64,000 nt of DNA from Lepidodermella squamata (taxonomy: Eukaryota; Animalia; Gastrotricha), in the NCBI GenBank assembly GCA_047495785.1, contig JBLDXI010000064.1, positions 869,706 to 933,705 on the forward strand, written 5' to 3'. Shown piece after piece: positions 1-10,200 of the stretch (positions are counted from its first letter, which is position 1; every line of letters begins with the position of its first letter). A program made the translations under genes and the position numbers. The notes under the pieces are model-generated. The model did no database searches and had not been told where the DNA came from. It saw only the letters and a list, made by a program, of their open reading frames with translations.

Positions 1-1
1 G

Positions 2-847
2 GTTGAGCGAGTTCAAGAGTACGCTGTCCTGCCAAGTGAAGCTGAGTGGGAAGTGCCGGAGAGGTCGCAAGGCCGAGATTGGCCTAAATCAGGACGAATC
101 GCCTTCGAAAAGTACGAAACCCGCTACAGGCCGGGGTTGAAGCTGGTCCTCAACGGCATTTCATGCGAGATTAAGCCCGGCGAGAAGGTGGGCATCGTCG
201 GCCGAACCGGGGCTGGCAAATCATCGCTTACCCTTGCGTTATTCCGGCTGATCGAGGCAGCAGGCGGGCGTATTCTGATCGATGGCGTTGATATCGCACA
301 GTTGGGGCTGCATCAACTGCGGTCGAGATTGACGATTCTACCACAGGATCCTGTTGTGTTCTCGGGCACGATCCGCCACAACCTGGACCCGTTCGACCGG
401 CACAGCGATGCGACGCTGTGGGAGGCGCTCGATCACGCCGGCCTGAAAGATTTCGTCGCCGGTTGCGAGAAGGGCCTGTCGCACGAGTGTGGCGAGAACG
501 GCGAGTCGTTGTCCGTCGGCCAGCGGCAGTTGTTGTGCCTGGCGAGGGCGTTGCTGAACAAGACGAAAGTGCTGGTGCTGGACGAGGCGACGGCGGCGGT
601 CGACGTGGAGACGGACGAGCACATCATGAGCACGATCCGGCGCGAGTTCGCCGACTGCACGGTGCTGACGATCGCGCACCGCCTGCACACCGTCATGGAC
701 TCGGACCGCATCCTCGTGCTGGACCAGGGCCGCGTCGTAGAGTTCGACTCACCCGCTGCCCTGCTCGCGAATGCGGACTCCGTGTTCGCCGGCATGGCTC
801 GATCGGCGAAGGCTCGGCCCGGTGGTGATGATGAACTTAAAGGTTAA
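2..847 (+). CDS. ABC transporter subfamily C (MRP-like), last coding exon with NBD2; 5' truncated by the window edge
   Basis: Frame is open from nt 2 (VERVQEY...[24 protein letters not shown]). Walker [10 protein letters not shown]-loop [20 protein letters not shown], signature [17 protein letters not shown], Walker [13 protein letters not shown] and H-loop TIAHRL are typical of ABCC NBD2. Stop TAA at 845-847. Confidence 0.97.
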   Translation, partial: VERVQEYAVLPSEAEWEVPERSQGRDWPKSGRIAFEKYETRYRPGLKLVLNGISCEIKPGEKVGIVGRTGAGKSSLTLALFRLIEAAGGRILIDGVDIAQLGLHQLRSRLTILPQDPVVFSGTIRHNLDPFDRHSDATLWEALDHAGLKDFVAGCEKGLSHECGENGESLSVGQRQLLCLARALLNKTKVLVLDEATAAVDVETDEHIMSTIRREFADCTVLTIAHRLHTVMDSDRILVLDQGRVVEFDSPAALLANADSVFAGMARSAKARPGGDDELKG

Positions 848-891
848 TTAGACTGTACTGAACTGTGATCATTGTATGTATTTGAGATTCC

Positions 892-897
892 AATAAA
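892..897 (+). terminator. Polyadenylation signal AATAAA of the ABCC gene
   Basis: AATAAA 45 nt after the stop, followed by a T-rich tract. Confidence 0.7.
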
Positions 898-1795
898 AGC
901 AATTTTTTCATGATACTGCAAGATTGTCACTGCTTGTTCAAAGCCTAATAAGAGCTGTGGAAAGATAGAAAAATACTATGATAGAAGCCTGCTTTATTTT
1001 GGCAACAGCATCTTGCAAAAGATCGGACGCTGTATAGACTATTTGAGTGTGTCAACATGCTGGTTTTGCTTTCATCAAGAGGTTTTGCTTTCTTGTTTGC
1101 GCGACTGCAGTTTTTCACTTGTCTAGAGCTGTAGGAGAAGTACGGTCAAAGCTAGACAACTGACAAGTAAAAACGGGCTACTATTTCTTAAATCAGCCCA
1201 TAACCCATCTAAATAAACCCATGTCGAGTAACCTTTAAGTAATTAAGCCTTTTTCCAATTATGCACCTTGTTATAAGCTTCCTTAGAAATTTCGTTGTTC
1301 TGGTATCATGGAATCGCCGAAACAGTTTTTTCAAAAACTGAATCCTGTATATGACGTATAAACAGGATTCAGTTTTGGAAACAACTTTTTCGGTGATTCC
1401 CGCAATTGTCAAAGAAACTAAGAGCTAAGCACATTTTGTGGAGATCAGGGATCGACATTTTAGGCCAAGCTCGGCGGATTGAAAACACATTGAAAATCCT
1501 ATATTCGACTCAATTTACCTCGCGGGATTTCAGAACGTTGATATGTTTCCAGCTATGTATTTGAGCTATGTATTAGATTAAAAAAATCTATCACTGATCA
1601 AAAATCAACACGGCTTCGCAACACGGTTAAGTTGAGCTGTTGCTCGTCTAAATGGAATAACTTTTCAAACAAACGGGGAATTTAAGGCATGAAAGGTCTC
1701 ACTGGAATTACTTCTTGGCATTTTCAAGTAAAACCAAAGATATAGAGGCGATACAGGTATATTCAGCTTTAGATGCGAATCATGCGAGATAAGGT

Positions 1796-1801
1796 TTTAT
1801 T
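1796..1801 (-). terminator. Polyadenylation signal of the minus-strand Cys-rich gene
   Basis: TTTATT on + (AATAAA on -), ~87 nt downstream of the stop at 1888. Confidence 0.55.
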
Positions 1802-1887
1802 AGCAGATATATCATTTACCACGGGTCATTCATTTGGCGTTTTGCAATAATAATATTGCCCGGCGTTGAATTTGCTGAACTTGAGAG

Positions 1888-2814
1888 TTAGCCTCTGCCA
1901 GCCGCGGCCGCGCAGTTTTTCTCGTTGTTGTTCTTGCTGTTAAGGAAAAACAATCAACCTTTTAAGATCTCTTGATTGCTATTAGCTGCAGTTACTCACG
2001 TCATGCATGCTTGCTGGTTTTCGCAAGTGCTGTTGCGGGATCAATCAATCCATCAATCAGTAAATCATTAAATGAGGGTGCGATGGAAGCTTACTCGTAA
2101 AAGTTGCACTTTTCGCCGAGGCACGCAAAGCACCTGGCGCTGCGCATAAAGTCGAATGCACCTCCTCCGTTGGACGATGACGCGCCCATGCAGATGGTTT
2201 TGGCGTTCGCCTCGACGGTTAGGCACCTCTCCGGCAGCTTGCAAACCTGCATAATGTGAAGATTCAAAATTCAAAACTCGGCCTCACGTAAGAAAACGGT
2301 CTCATGAAGACGTCAAGAAAGTGAAAAATGAAAGAAATGAATAGCACACCGTAGGCTGCTGTGTGACGTAAGTGATCATCAGCTGGCATGCAGTTTCGTT
2401 GGTTTTGTACGTTGTCCTATAATTTCGTAAACAAATCACTTGTGAAAAATTGATTGATTCTGCGACCTTTCGACTCACTTGATAGCTTCGGGCGTATCCT
2501 TCCACAAGCAACTGCGGGTTTCAAAACAAAACGTTGTTGATACTTGTTCTCGTTTTTTTGTAGCAATTTCTCACCGGTGGCAGTTATTGAACGTTTCATT
2601 CTTTGCGCGCTCAGCCCACGATCCAGCGGGGGTCGGGCATTTCGTCCTGAAATCGATAGATTCGAATATGGTGAAAAGTAGCGATGAGAACTCACTCGAT
2701 GACGGGCTTGAGGCGGGCTGTGCAAATGTCATTCGTAGATGGGCGATTCGGCCAGTCAGCCGATGCGACGGCAACGAGCAGGCACATCAAGGCAGCAGAA
2801 ACTCCGGTGATCAT
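1888..2814 (-). CDS. Small secreted cysteine-rich protein, 173 aa, 7 exons, unknown family
   Basis: Manually spliced exons (minus strand): 2814-2696, 2646-2575, 2511-2479, 2416-2350, 2246-2095, 2029-2000, 1936-1888; total 522 nt. All introns are GT-AG, 49-103 nt, and phase-consistent. Protein: MITGVSAALMCLLVAVASA|DWPNRPSTNDICTARLKPVIETKCPTPAGSWAERAKNETFNNCHRCLWKDTPEAIKTTYKTNETACQLMITYVTQQPTVCKLPERCLTVEANAKTICMGASSSNGGGAFDFMRSARCFACLGEKCNFYDTCENQQACMTKNNNEKNCAAAAGRG*. It has a signal-peptide-like N-terminus, an upstream TATA and a downstream AATAAA. Confidence 0.85.
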
Positions 2815-2880
2815 TTTTTTAAACAATATCAAACTTGATGTAAGATTTCGATGATGTGAACAAGCTGCAGTACGCGCCTG

Positions 2881-2888
2881 TATTTATA
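2881..2888 (-). promoter_or_regulatory. TATA box (TATAAATA) of the minus-strand Cys-rich gene
   Basis: TATTTATA on +, ~67 nt upstream of the ATG at 2814. Confidence 0.55.
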
Positions 2889-3970
2889 GCCTGCCTGTGT
2901 CGACATGTCTCAGCAACTGGGTCGCTGTTTTTTTCCCTGCTGCTGCTTGCATCCCTGCCCTGGTTGCTGCTCGAACGCAGCGATGGCGGCGGTGTGTGAA
3001 GCCACACCACGCATGCCGAAATTTCTCGGCAAACACAAAAGAAGAACAAACTTATTGCATGAACAGGTCGCCGTCGTCGTCTTTGTTTTTTTCTAAAACA
3101 CATCATCCCGATGCTCACAAGGCCTGCGTCAAATCCATCAGCTGTATCAAATATTAAAATAATAGCAGTAGCAGCAGCATCAGCGGCAAAAAAACAAATA
3201 GTCGTGCTCGAGTGACAACTGGGAGAAACTGGTTCTTGGTAACAATGAAGACGCGCGTGCAACTACATGGGGTGACGTGGAACTTCATCAATTGATCATC
3301 AATTCTCTGATCGGCCTTCGCGTGTTTCGTCAACGACTATCATCCTGCGTCATTCTGTGAAGCAAACGCACGAATGTACTTCCAACCGTGCGAAAATCAA
3401 TATATGTTCCGTGTTCCAAGGTTGGAGGTTGGGCTAAGATTTGTTTTTCCCGAAAAATCTGGCTCAACCACAATGGCTAATTTCTCATCCTCGAAGCCAA
3501 GAAAGCATTATAAATGGAAATAGTCCCACTCTCGCTGGAGTTCTTTTTGATTTACTGCAGCGTGCTTACACTCCTGAAAGGATGAGAGCTTTCACTCAAA
3601 TCGCGTAGGAACATTTTTCTAACGAAAACATTGCACTATCGGAAAATTGCCATGCCGGCATATTATTTTTATTTTTCAATTCTAGGCAACGAACTGGCTG
3701 GCTATCCGATGCTGCCTGCTGTCTGAAAGCTAACTTGACCGAAATTGATTAAAAATGAGTAAATAAGTATCAGTGATGCAAAGTGTCCTGGAAAACAAGA
3801 TTATTGCCCCTGTATGCTAATTTATCATCGATTTTTTGCCCTACATTCTTGCAAGGCTGCTTGTAGCTAAACTTAAGGACGGCGCCCATTTTTTATTACA
3901 GCTGACGGCAGCAATATTCAAAATAAAGTGAATCATTTTTTCTCATTAGAATATTCTCGTGTATAGAAAC

Positions 3971-4167
3971 TTACTACATACATGCGAAGTGCTGGCATGG
4001 GTGCGTAGTATTGGCTATGTGTAGTAAAAGCACACACATACACACATACACATATGTGCCAATACTACAACTACGATATATGGAATGTGCGCAGATAAGG
4101 CTAATACACACACACACATATTACGCATGCGTACGCACACATGTGTAGTGCGATATACGATATCGCA
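3971..4167. repeat. CA/TA-rich low-complexity patch with several inverted repeats
   Basis: (CA)n/CATA runs at 4031-4054 and 4106-4120. Inverted pair GTAGTATTGGC (4005-4015) / GCCAATACTAC (4058-4068). Perfect palindrome TACGCATGCGTA (4122-4133). Hairpin TGCGATAT-acg-ATATCGCA (4149-4167). Confidence 0.6.
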
Positions 4168-4355
4168 GCGAGTCTGCTTTTACGAGGCCATAATGCATGC
4201 CGCCGTATCGAGAGCAGTCGCAGTCGCAGCTGCTTATCAATAGGCGAGTCTTCTTAAAACAGAGCAAACTCTATTCAGTTGAAGCGATTTCAATAAAACA
4301 GTAACAAGGTTACGCCATCACAATCATCAGCCTGCTTTAGCCGGACATCACATCG

Positions 4356-4363
4356 CATAAATA
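4356..4363 (+). promoter_or_regulatory. TATA-like element (CATAAATA) upstream of the DUF1295 gene
   Basis: ~55-60 nt upstream of the ATG at 4417; positional inference only. Confidence 0.3.
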
Positions 4364-4416
4364 GCGGGTGAAATACACTTCTCGCAAGATCATATTCAAT
4401 CACTACTACTAGAAAA

Positions 4417-5886
4417 ATGCCACTCTTTAACGATACAGACAGCATACCCATATATTTGGGCATCACAGCCGGTGTGACAGTCGTCATGCAACTGTCGTTC
4501 TTCGCCGTTGCTTACTGCTTCAAATTCGACAAGGTGAATACTTAAAACTTTGATGATGATTAACCTTGACTCATTGATCTCTTAGGTAACTGACCTTGCT
4601 GGCTCGCTCAACTTCCTCGTGCTCGCCATTCTCGTTCTGCTGATGCAGCGCACGTTCCACGTGCGGCAGATCGTCATGACGTGCCTCGTCGCCGTGTGGG
4701 CCCTCCGCCTCGGCGGCTTCCTGCTCAACCGCGTGCTGCGCCGCCAGAAGGACGCGCGCTTCGACGAGATTCGCGAACACTTCGGCAAGTTCCTTGCTTT
4801 CTGGATCGGCCAGATGGTGTGGGTGTGGATTGTCTCGCTGCCTATGAGCATGACCAACGCCGCGACCATCGATGCCGAACTGTCGCCGTTCGACTACGTC
4901 GGCTGGTCATTATGGACCATCGGATTTCTCATCGAAACCATCGCAGATCAGCAAAAGTATGAACAGGTGAGCATTCACGTCGATTTACGTTTTTCCGACG
5001 AGTTATCGTAAAATTTCCTCTTAATGGGACTAATAAGAAGGACATTTCTGAGCTTGAAATTTCTTCGGGAAAATGTAGCTTGAAAACCTTTAGTTTAGCA
5101 GCTAATTTTGAAGAAAATGGGACAGCTGGATCGGTTTTAAATTTCATGAGAGGTCTCGACACATTTTCCTCTAGAAAAGAGATTGCTGTTACCGGAAACG
5201 GAGTTTGCCGTGGGAATTCATAGGAAACTAGGTTAAGAGTTAAGATTCTCGAGCCTCTCTAGTTAAATTTCCAAAGCCTCTCTAATACTCTGAATTTCTG
5301 TAGCTAATAACTAATTTTATTTCTCGATATCCAGGTGAAAAAGCGCGAGGAAGCTGTAGCAGCTGCTGAAGCGGTGCAACCGACCGGGCAGTCGAGACCA
5401 GCCGGGCAACAGCGTCGTGGATTCGAGGCGCCTGGCGGTGTGTGGCTTGCCTCTCGCCATCCAAACTACTTTGGCGAGATCCTGGTGTGGATCGGCATAT
5501 TCCTCGGCTCGTGCCCGGTGTACCCGACGAACAACTTCCCAGCCGGCTACATCTCGGTGCTCTCGCCCGTGTTCACGTTCGTGCTGCTCATGTTCTTGTC
5601 GGGCATGCCGGCGGCGGAGGCGGGCTCGAACAAGCGGTACGCAGACGACGATGCGTACCTGGCGTACCGGGCGCGGACGAGCCCGCTCGTGCCGCTGCCG
5701 ACGTGCTGCTACGGCGCCATGCCGCGCGTCATCAAGGCCGTTTTCTGCTTCGAGTACCCGCTCTACCGCAAAAACCTCGGCAGTCGGTCGCAGCTGCTCG
5801 AGGACGGCAACCGCTCGCCCTCGCTCGACAGCGCCGACCTAGCAAAGAAGCAGCAGCAACAGCAACCTCCGGCGATCAAGCAGTAG
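4417..5886 (+). CDS. DUF1295-family / steroid 5-alpha-reductase-like integral membrane protein, 349 aa, 3 exons
   Basis: Exons 4417-4533, 4586-4966, 5335-5886 with phase-0 GT-AG introns. Family-typical motifs: FDKVTDLAGSLNF, WALRLGGFLLNRVL..KDARFDEIR, FWIGQMVWVWIVSLP, IETIADQQK, GVWLASRHPNYFGEILVWIGIF, LLMFLSGMP, YRARTSPLVP. Multiple hydrophobic segments. Confidence 0.93.
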
Positions 5887-6009
5887 CCAGCCGTCAATGT
5901 TGATACTCGATACGATACTATTCAGCTCTATTCTACGAACTCTGTCCATGCCTATTTATAACAGTCATTTTTTCTTTTTATATCACAACTGCTTTTGACG
6001 CGCGATCAA

Positions 6010-6015
6010 AATAAA
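6010..6015 (+). terminator. Polyadenylation signal of the DUF1295 gene
   Basis: AATAAA ~124 nt after the stop, followed by a T-tract. Confidence 0.65.
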
Positions 6016-7213
6016 AGCAAATTTTTGAATGAGTCGCCCTACTAAATCGAGCGTTTCAAGTCGTCAACTTCACTGAACTAGAGAGACGTGCTGCAACTGG
6101 AGTTGAGATTTACAGACTTTAATCGAGTAATTTCAATCCTCAGGTTTGAAGGAACAGAATGGTCCTGAAAAAAGTGGTACCTAGAGTTCTAGTTTGTATT
6201 GAATGGTATCAGTGGTAAAGTTGAAATATGCGGCTGTTGTTATACGATAACGTATCATGGTTGATAGCCATTTGTAGCGCAAATGGAGGTCGAAATAGAT
6301 GCCCGTAGGTGAAAGTCGCATCGAAAATCGGATTAAGCAATTCTAATCTGCAATGACGCTATGCGGCAGATAAATGCTGTCAAACTCGGTAAACTACCCC
6401 ATTTCACTTGATAAGGGGTCCTGCTATCACTGTAGGGAGACACACGAAACTACCAAAATGTATTCAAGTGAAAAAGGGGCACAAAGCGATGTACAATGAA
6501 TCGCCACACTGTGCAAAGCGTTGCACTAGACCTGAGGGGCTTAGCCTTCCCAATGACCATTAGCCAACACCCCAAAAATGCTTCGACTCCGATTGATCAA
6601 GCTAACTCGACAAAATTCGCCGATAGTTTAGATTGCTGGCTGGCGTTCCACTTGCCACGGTGTGGCCACAGTGAATAAGCGCGGAACAAAGTCTTGCTGA
6701 TTTTGATGCACGGCTGTGAAAGCGGGAAGTGGGAAAAGAGAAGCGGTGTTTATGTGCTGAGAATGCGGCGTGCGCGTGACGAAGCAGGTCATGGAGTTCT
6801 CATGAAGAACTCATGAAGTTGACGACGACGCGCGGTTTGGCTCTCTGTGTGAATCTGATGTAATAAGAATAACTATTAACTAGTAATACACTAATCGAAT
6901 AACAAAGTTAGTTGAGTTGCCGCGTGTGTTTTGTTAGTTGTTAACTTTCTGCGGCATGTTCGCGCGTGGGCCGGCCGGTTCCACGGCAGCTATTCATGCT
7001 CGCCTCGGCCTCTACTATAACCATGCGCGCATTGTTCTCGCTTGTACGCTCTCACGCCCTTCAACACTAAGTGACGATGCAAATACTCTGATGAAATACA
7101 GATGATTAACGTGTGATGCCAATTTAAGACATCGTTTCACATAAAATAAACAATAAGAATATCCTATTTTTACTACGAATCAGATTGTTATAAAAACTAT
7201 GACGAATAGATCG

Positions 7214-10200
7214 ATGGCTCTGCGGTTTGTGAGCTCAACTCTAGCAGTCCTCGTCGTAGCGGTGATGCCTATCGCTCGGGTCAACGCCTGTGGCTCAACG
7301 CTGACACTTGTAAGTTCCTTGAAATTACTCCGCTGGCCCCCTTTTTAATTAATGTTCGATGGATTTTTTGCGTCATAGACAACACCATCGTGGGCGACTA
7401 CGACTGAAATTCCGAAATACGTGCGTTGCGTTACCACCGGCTCAGCGACATGCCGCCTCGGTTCCTGCAGCTCCGGCGAGACACAGGTTAGTCCTGTTTA
7501 TAAAACGTCCAGCCTGATCACGCCAAAAATCCAGGCTTTTCGCACTGATTTGACTTAGTTTTCGCCAAATTTTCAAAATCACGATGCGACAATGGCGATT
7601 TTATGAAGCTCAGCAGCTTTACAACAATTATTTTCGTGTAGCTTATATTACGGCAATATATGCGACGAATTTACGCAAAACAGTTAGCATTCTCGCAAAA
7701 GAGATGATTCACCCCATTCGATTTTATTCAAAGTTGGTCCTTTTCCTTACTCTTAGTACCCGGCAGTGGGCTATGCGACGCAGGCGCTTTGCCAAGCCGT
7801 CGTCGCGTACAAGATCTGCTACGACTACTCGACGGACACGACGGGCCGCGGGTCGTGCGTCGCCGACACGACGGCATGTTCCGGTACCACCAAGTACGAG
7901 TACTCGGCCCGCTTCACCGATGCGGCGTGCACCGGCTACGTAGGTAAGTATTAGACTTTCCATTCGACACTCCTATGACTTACCTACTATCAATACTGAC
8001 AGTTGCCGCGTGGATGCGATGTGTCACGACCTCGGGCACAGCCGCGCGTACGTGCCGCCCGTACGCGTACGGCTGCGCGTCGACGGAGCGGCAGTCGCCG
8101 AACGCGACGCAGGCTCGCGCCAACCTCGCCACCTTCGTCGTCTCGTCCACCGACTCCACCGACTGCCTCGCCATGACGGTAACAGCAGATTCACCTGCTT
8201 TCCTTTAATTGAAGCAATAGTTCCATCCAATACCATTCGTGATACATATTTATGCCAATATTTTCTTAATATGACTTCACCTCACATACATCCCTCTCGG
8301 ACTTTCTGACGGGATACGCAGTATATATGAGCAGTACTACAAATGCTTTTGAATTACTGAAAACAGCCGACGGTGAAGTGTTACGATACTTCGGTGACGC
8401 CTGCCGACCAAACGACCGGCATGTCATGCGCGAACGACTACACCGGCTGCGGAACAGGCCGCCAAGTCGCTTCGCAGTACCTGTTCCCATCAACAGCAGC
8501 ATGCACTGCTTACTTGATCGTAAGCTGGTTATTTTTACATATCAATCCGATTGTTCATTTGCTTCTTGGTGTTCAGCCGCAATGGATGCGCTGCGTGAAC
8601 GGGGGAACGACGAAATGCGTGCCTTACGACGCCATCAACCTGGCAACGTGCCCGTCCGGAACCCAGACGCCCGCTTCTACGTATTTCATGAGCTACGACA
8701 CGTGTACCGCCTACGTCACGGTAAGAACACCTATCTATTGTGCCTTGATGTTTCAATTTGGAGCTGGCCTAAGCAGAAAGGTAGAGATCATTCGCCTAGT
8801 AAAATGAGATAATAGTCATTCAAGCTCTAGAAAATGGTAAATGGATTCATTTTGAGACATCCCATTCGTTGAATGGATGGGCGGAAGCCATGGGTCTCGA
8901 ATGAGCGCTCTTAGGGTCGCTTGTTGGGGTGTCTTCAGTCAGACAGCTAGGTAGCGATTAGCGCAGTCTCACTGACACTCCTAATCTACCATTTTTCACT
9001 TTTGTAACACGATTGACGACTACGTAAATGCTAGACTAGGCCTGCTCTGAACTTGAGATACTGTCTCTAACTACCCTATGATTGTTGTTGTGATGATTGC
9101 AGCCTTACATCAAGTGCTGGAACCCGTCGACCAACGCCGACGTAACGACGTGCCCGGACATGGTGACCGGGTGCACGGCGCCGGCGATCCGCATCGGCTC
9201 GACGTTCACGTTCCCGACACAGGCGACGTGCCAGAGCAACTACGTCCACGTAAGACACCACAGCCTCATGACTATTTTGTTTTATTCTGCTCGGTTAATA
9301 TTTACTAACAGAACGATTGGCTGCGCTGCCGACCGGCATCTGGCACTGACAACTGTCGCCCGTACGACCTGTCGACGTATCCAACTTGTGCCACAGGAGA
9401 GACACAGGTTCTTTGATTTTTACAAAGCTTGAGCATTTTACGTCACTAATTGGGTTTTGGGATCTATTAGGTGCCGGATACGTCTACACGTTACCAGTCG
9501 CAGGCCGCATGTACGAATGCTGTCATTGTAAGTCAGCTAATGATTTTCATAGCTAAGCCGATAACCTCAACCTCCAGACCGAGTACGTGCTGTGCATGTC
9601 AACTAGCACTTACGTTGTTTCGTGCCTATCGACGTCGAGCAGTTCTTGCGCCGATGGAACCGTGCGTTTGTACTAACAACCGTGGAATCACATTGCCAGT
9701 GTTATGTTTTATGACAGAAACTGACCCCGGCTGACGGCTCCAAGTTCTATTCTCTTTCGGCGTGCAATTCATGGAGCGGACTCGTAAGTGCCTCGCCTGT
9801 CTAATTCTCATGGCTACATCTGATTTTTTCGCGAAATCTACAGCAATACGTGCGGTGTCTGCTGGCGAGCAACCCACGGCGCTGCATCCCATCGATATAC
9901 ACGTCAGGCGGCAACACCGGCTGCACGGCACTCGGCGCGTCTTACACCCAGGTTCGTATTACATAGACGCTTCCCCTGAGCAATATCTTGAACTCGAGTT
10001 GATGCTATTTCAGTCTCCTGCAAGCACAACTTTCTCGACGTTAGCAGCGTGCCTGCTCGACGAACGACAGGTTTGCATTAAAAACACCGTGCAACCCATG
10101 TTGAATTATTGCGCCCTGTTATCATAAAAGGTTACATGCTACTCGTTCGACTACAACTCGTTCCAGTGCCAGACGGACGTTATCGGCTGCTCGCAACTGC

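Noticed and set aside
338-828. Alternative-frame and antisense ORFs over ABCC, and likewise over the DUF1295 and repeat-protein exons
   Set aside because: Shadow ORFs caused by high GC3 codon usage in real exons.
7189-7195. TATAAAA as the TATA box of the 13-module gene
   Set aside because: Too close to the ATG (~20 nt). The nearby CAG at 7181-7183 may instead be a splice acceptor, so the promoter position is unresolved.
8830-8997. Weak inverted repeats in the intron at 8721-9102 (AAAATGGTA/TACCATTTT; CCATTC-gtt-GAATGG)
   Set aside because: Too short and imperfect to call a MITE without evidence of other copies.
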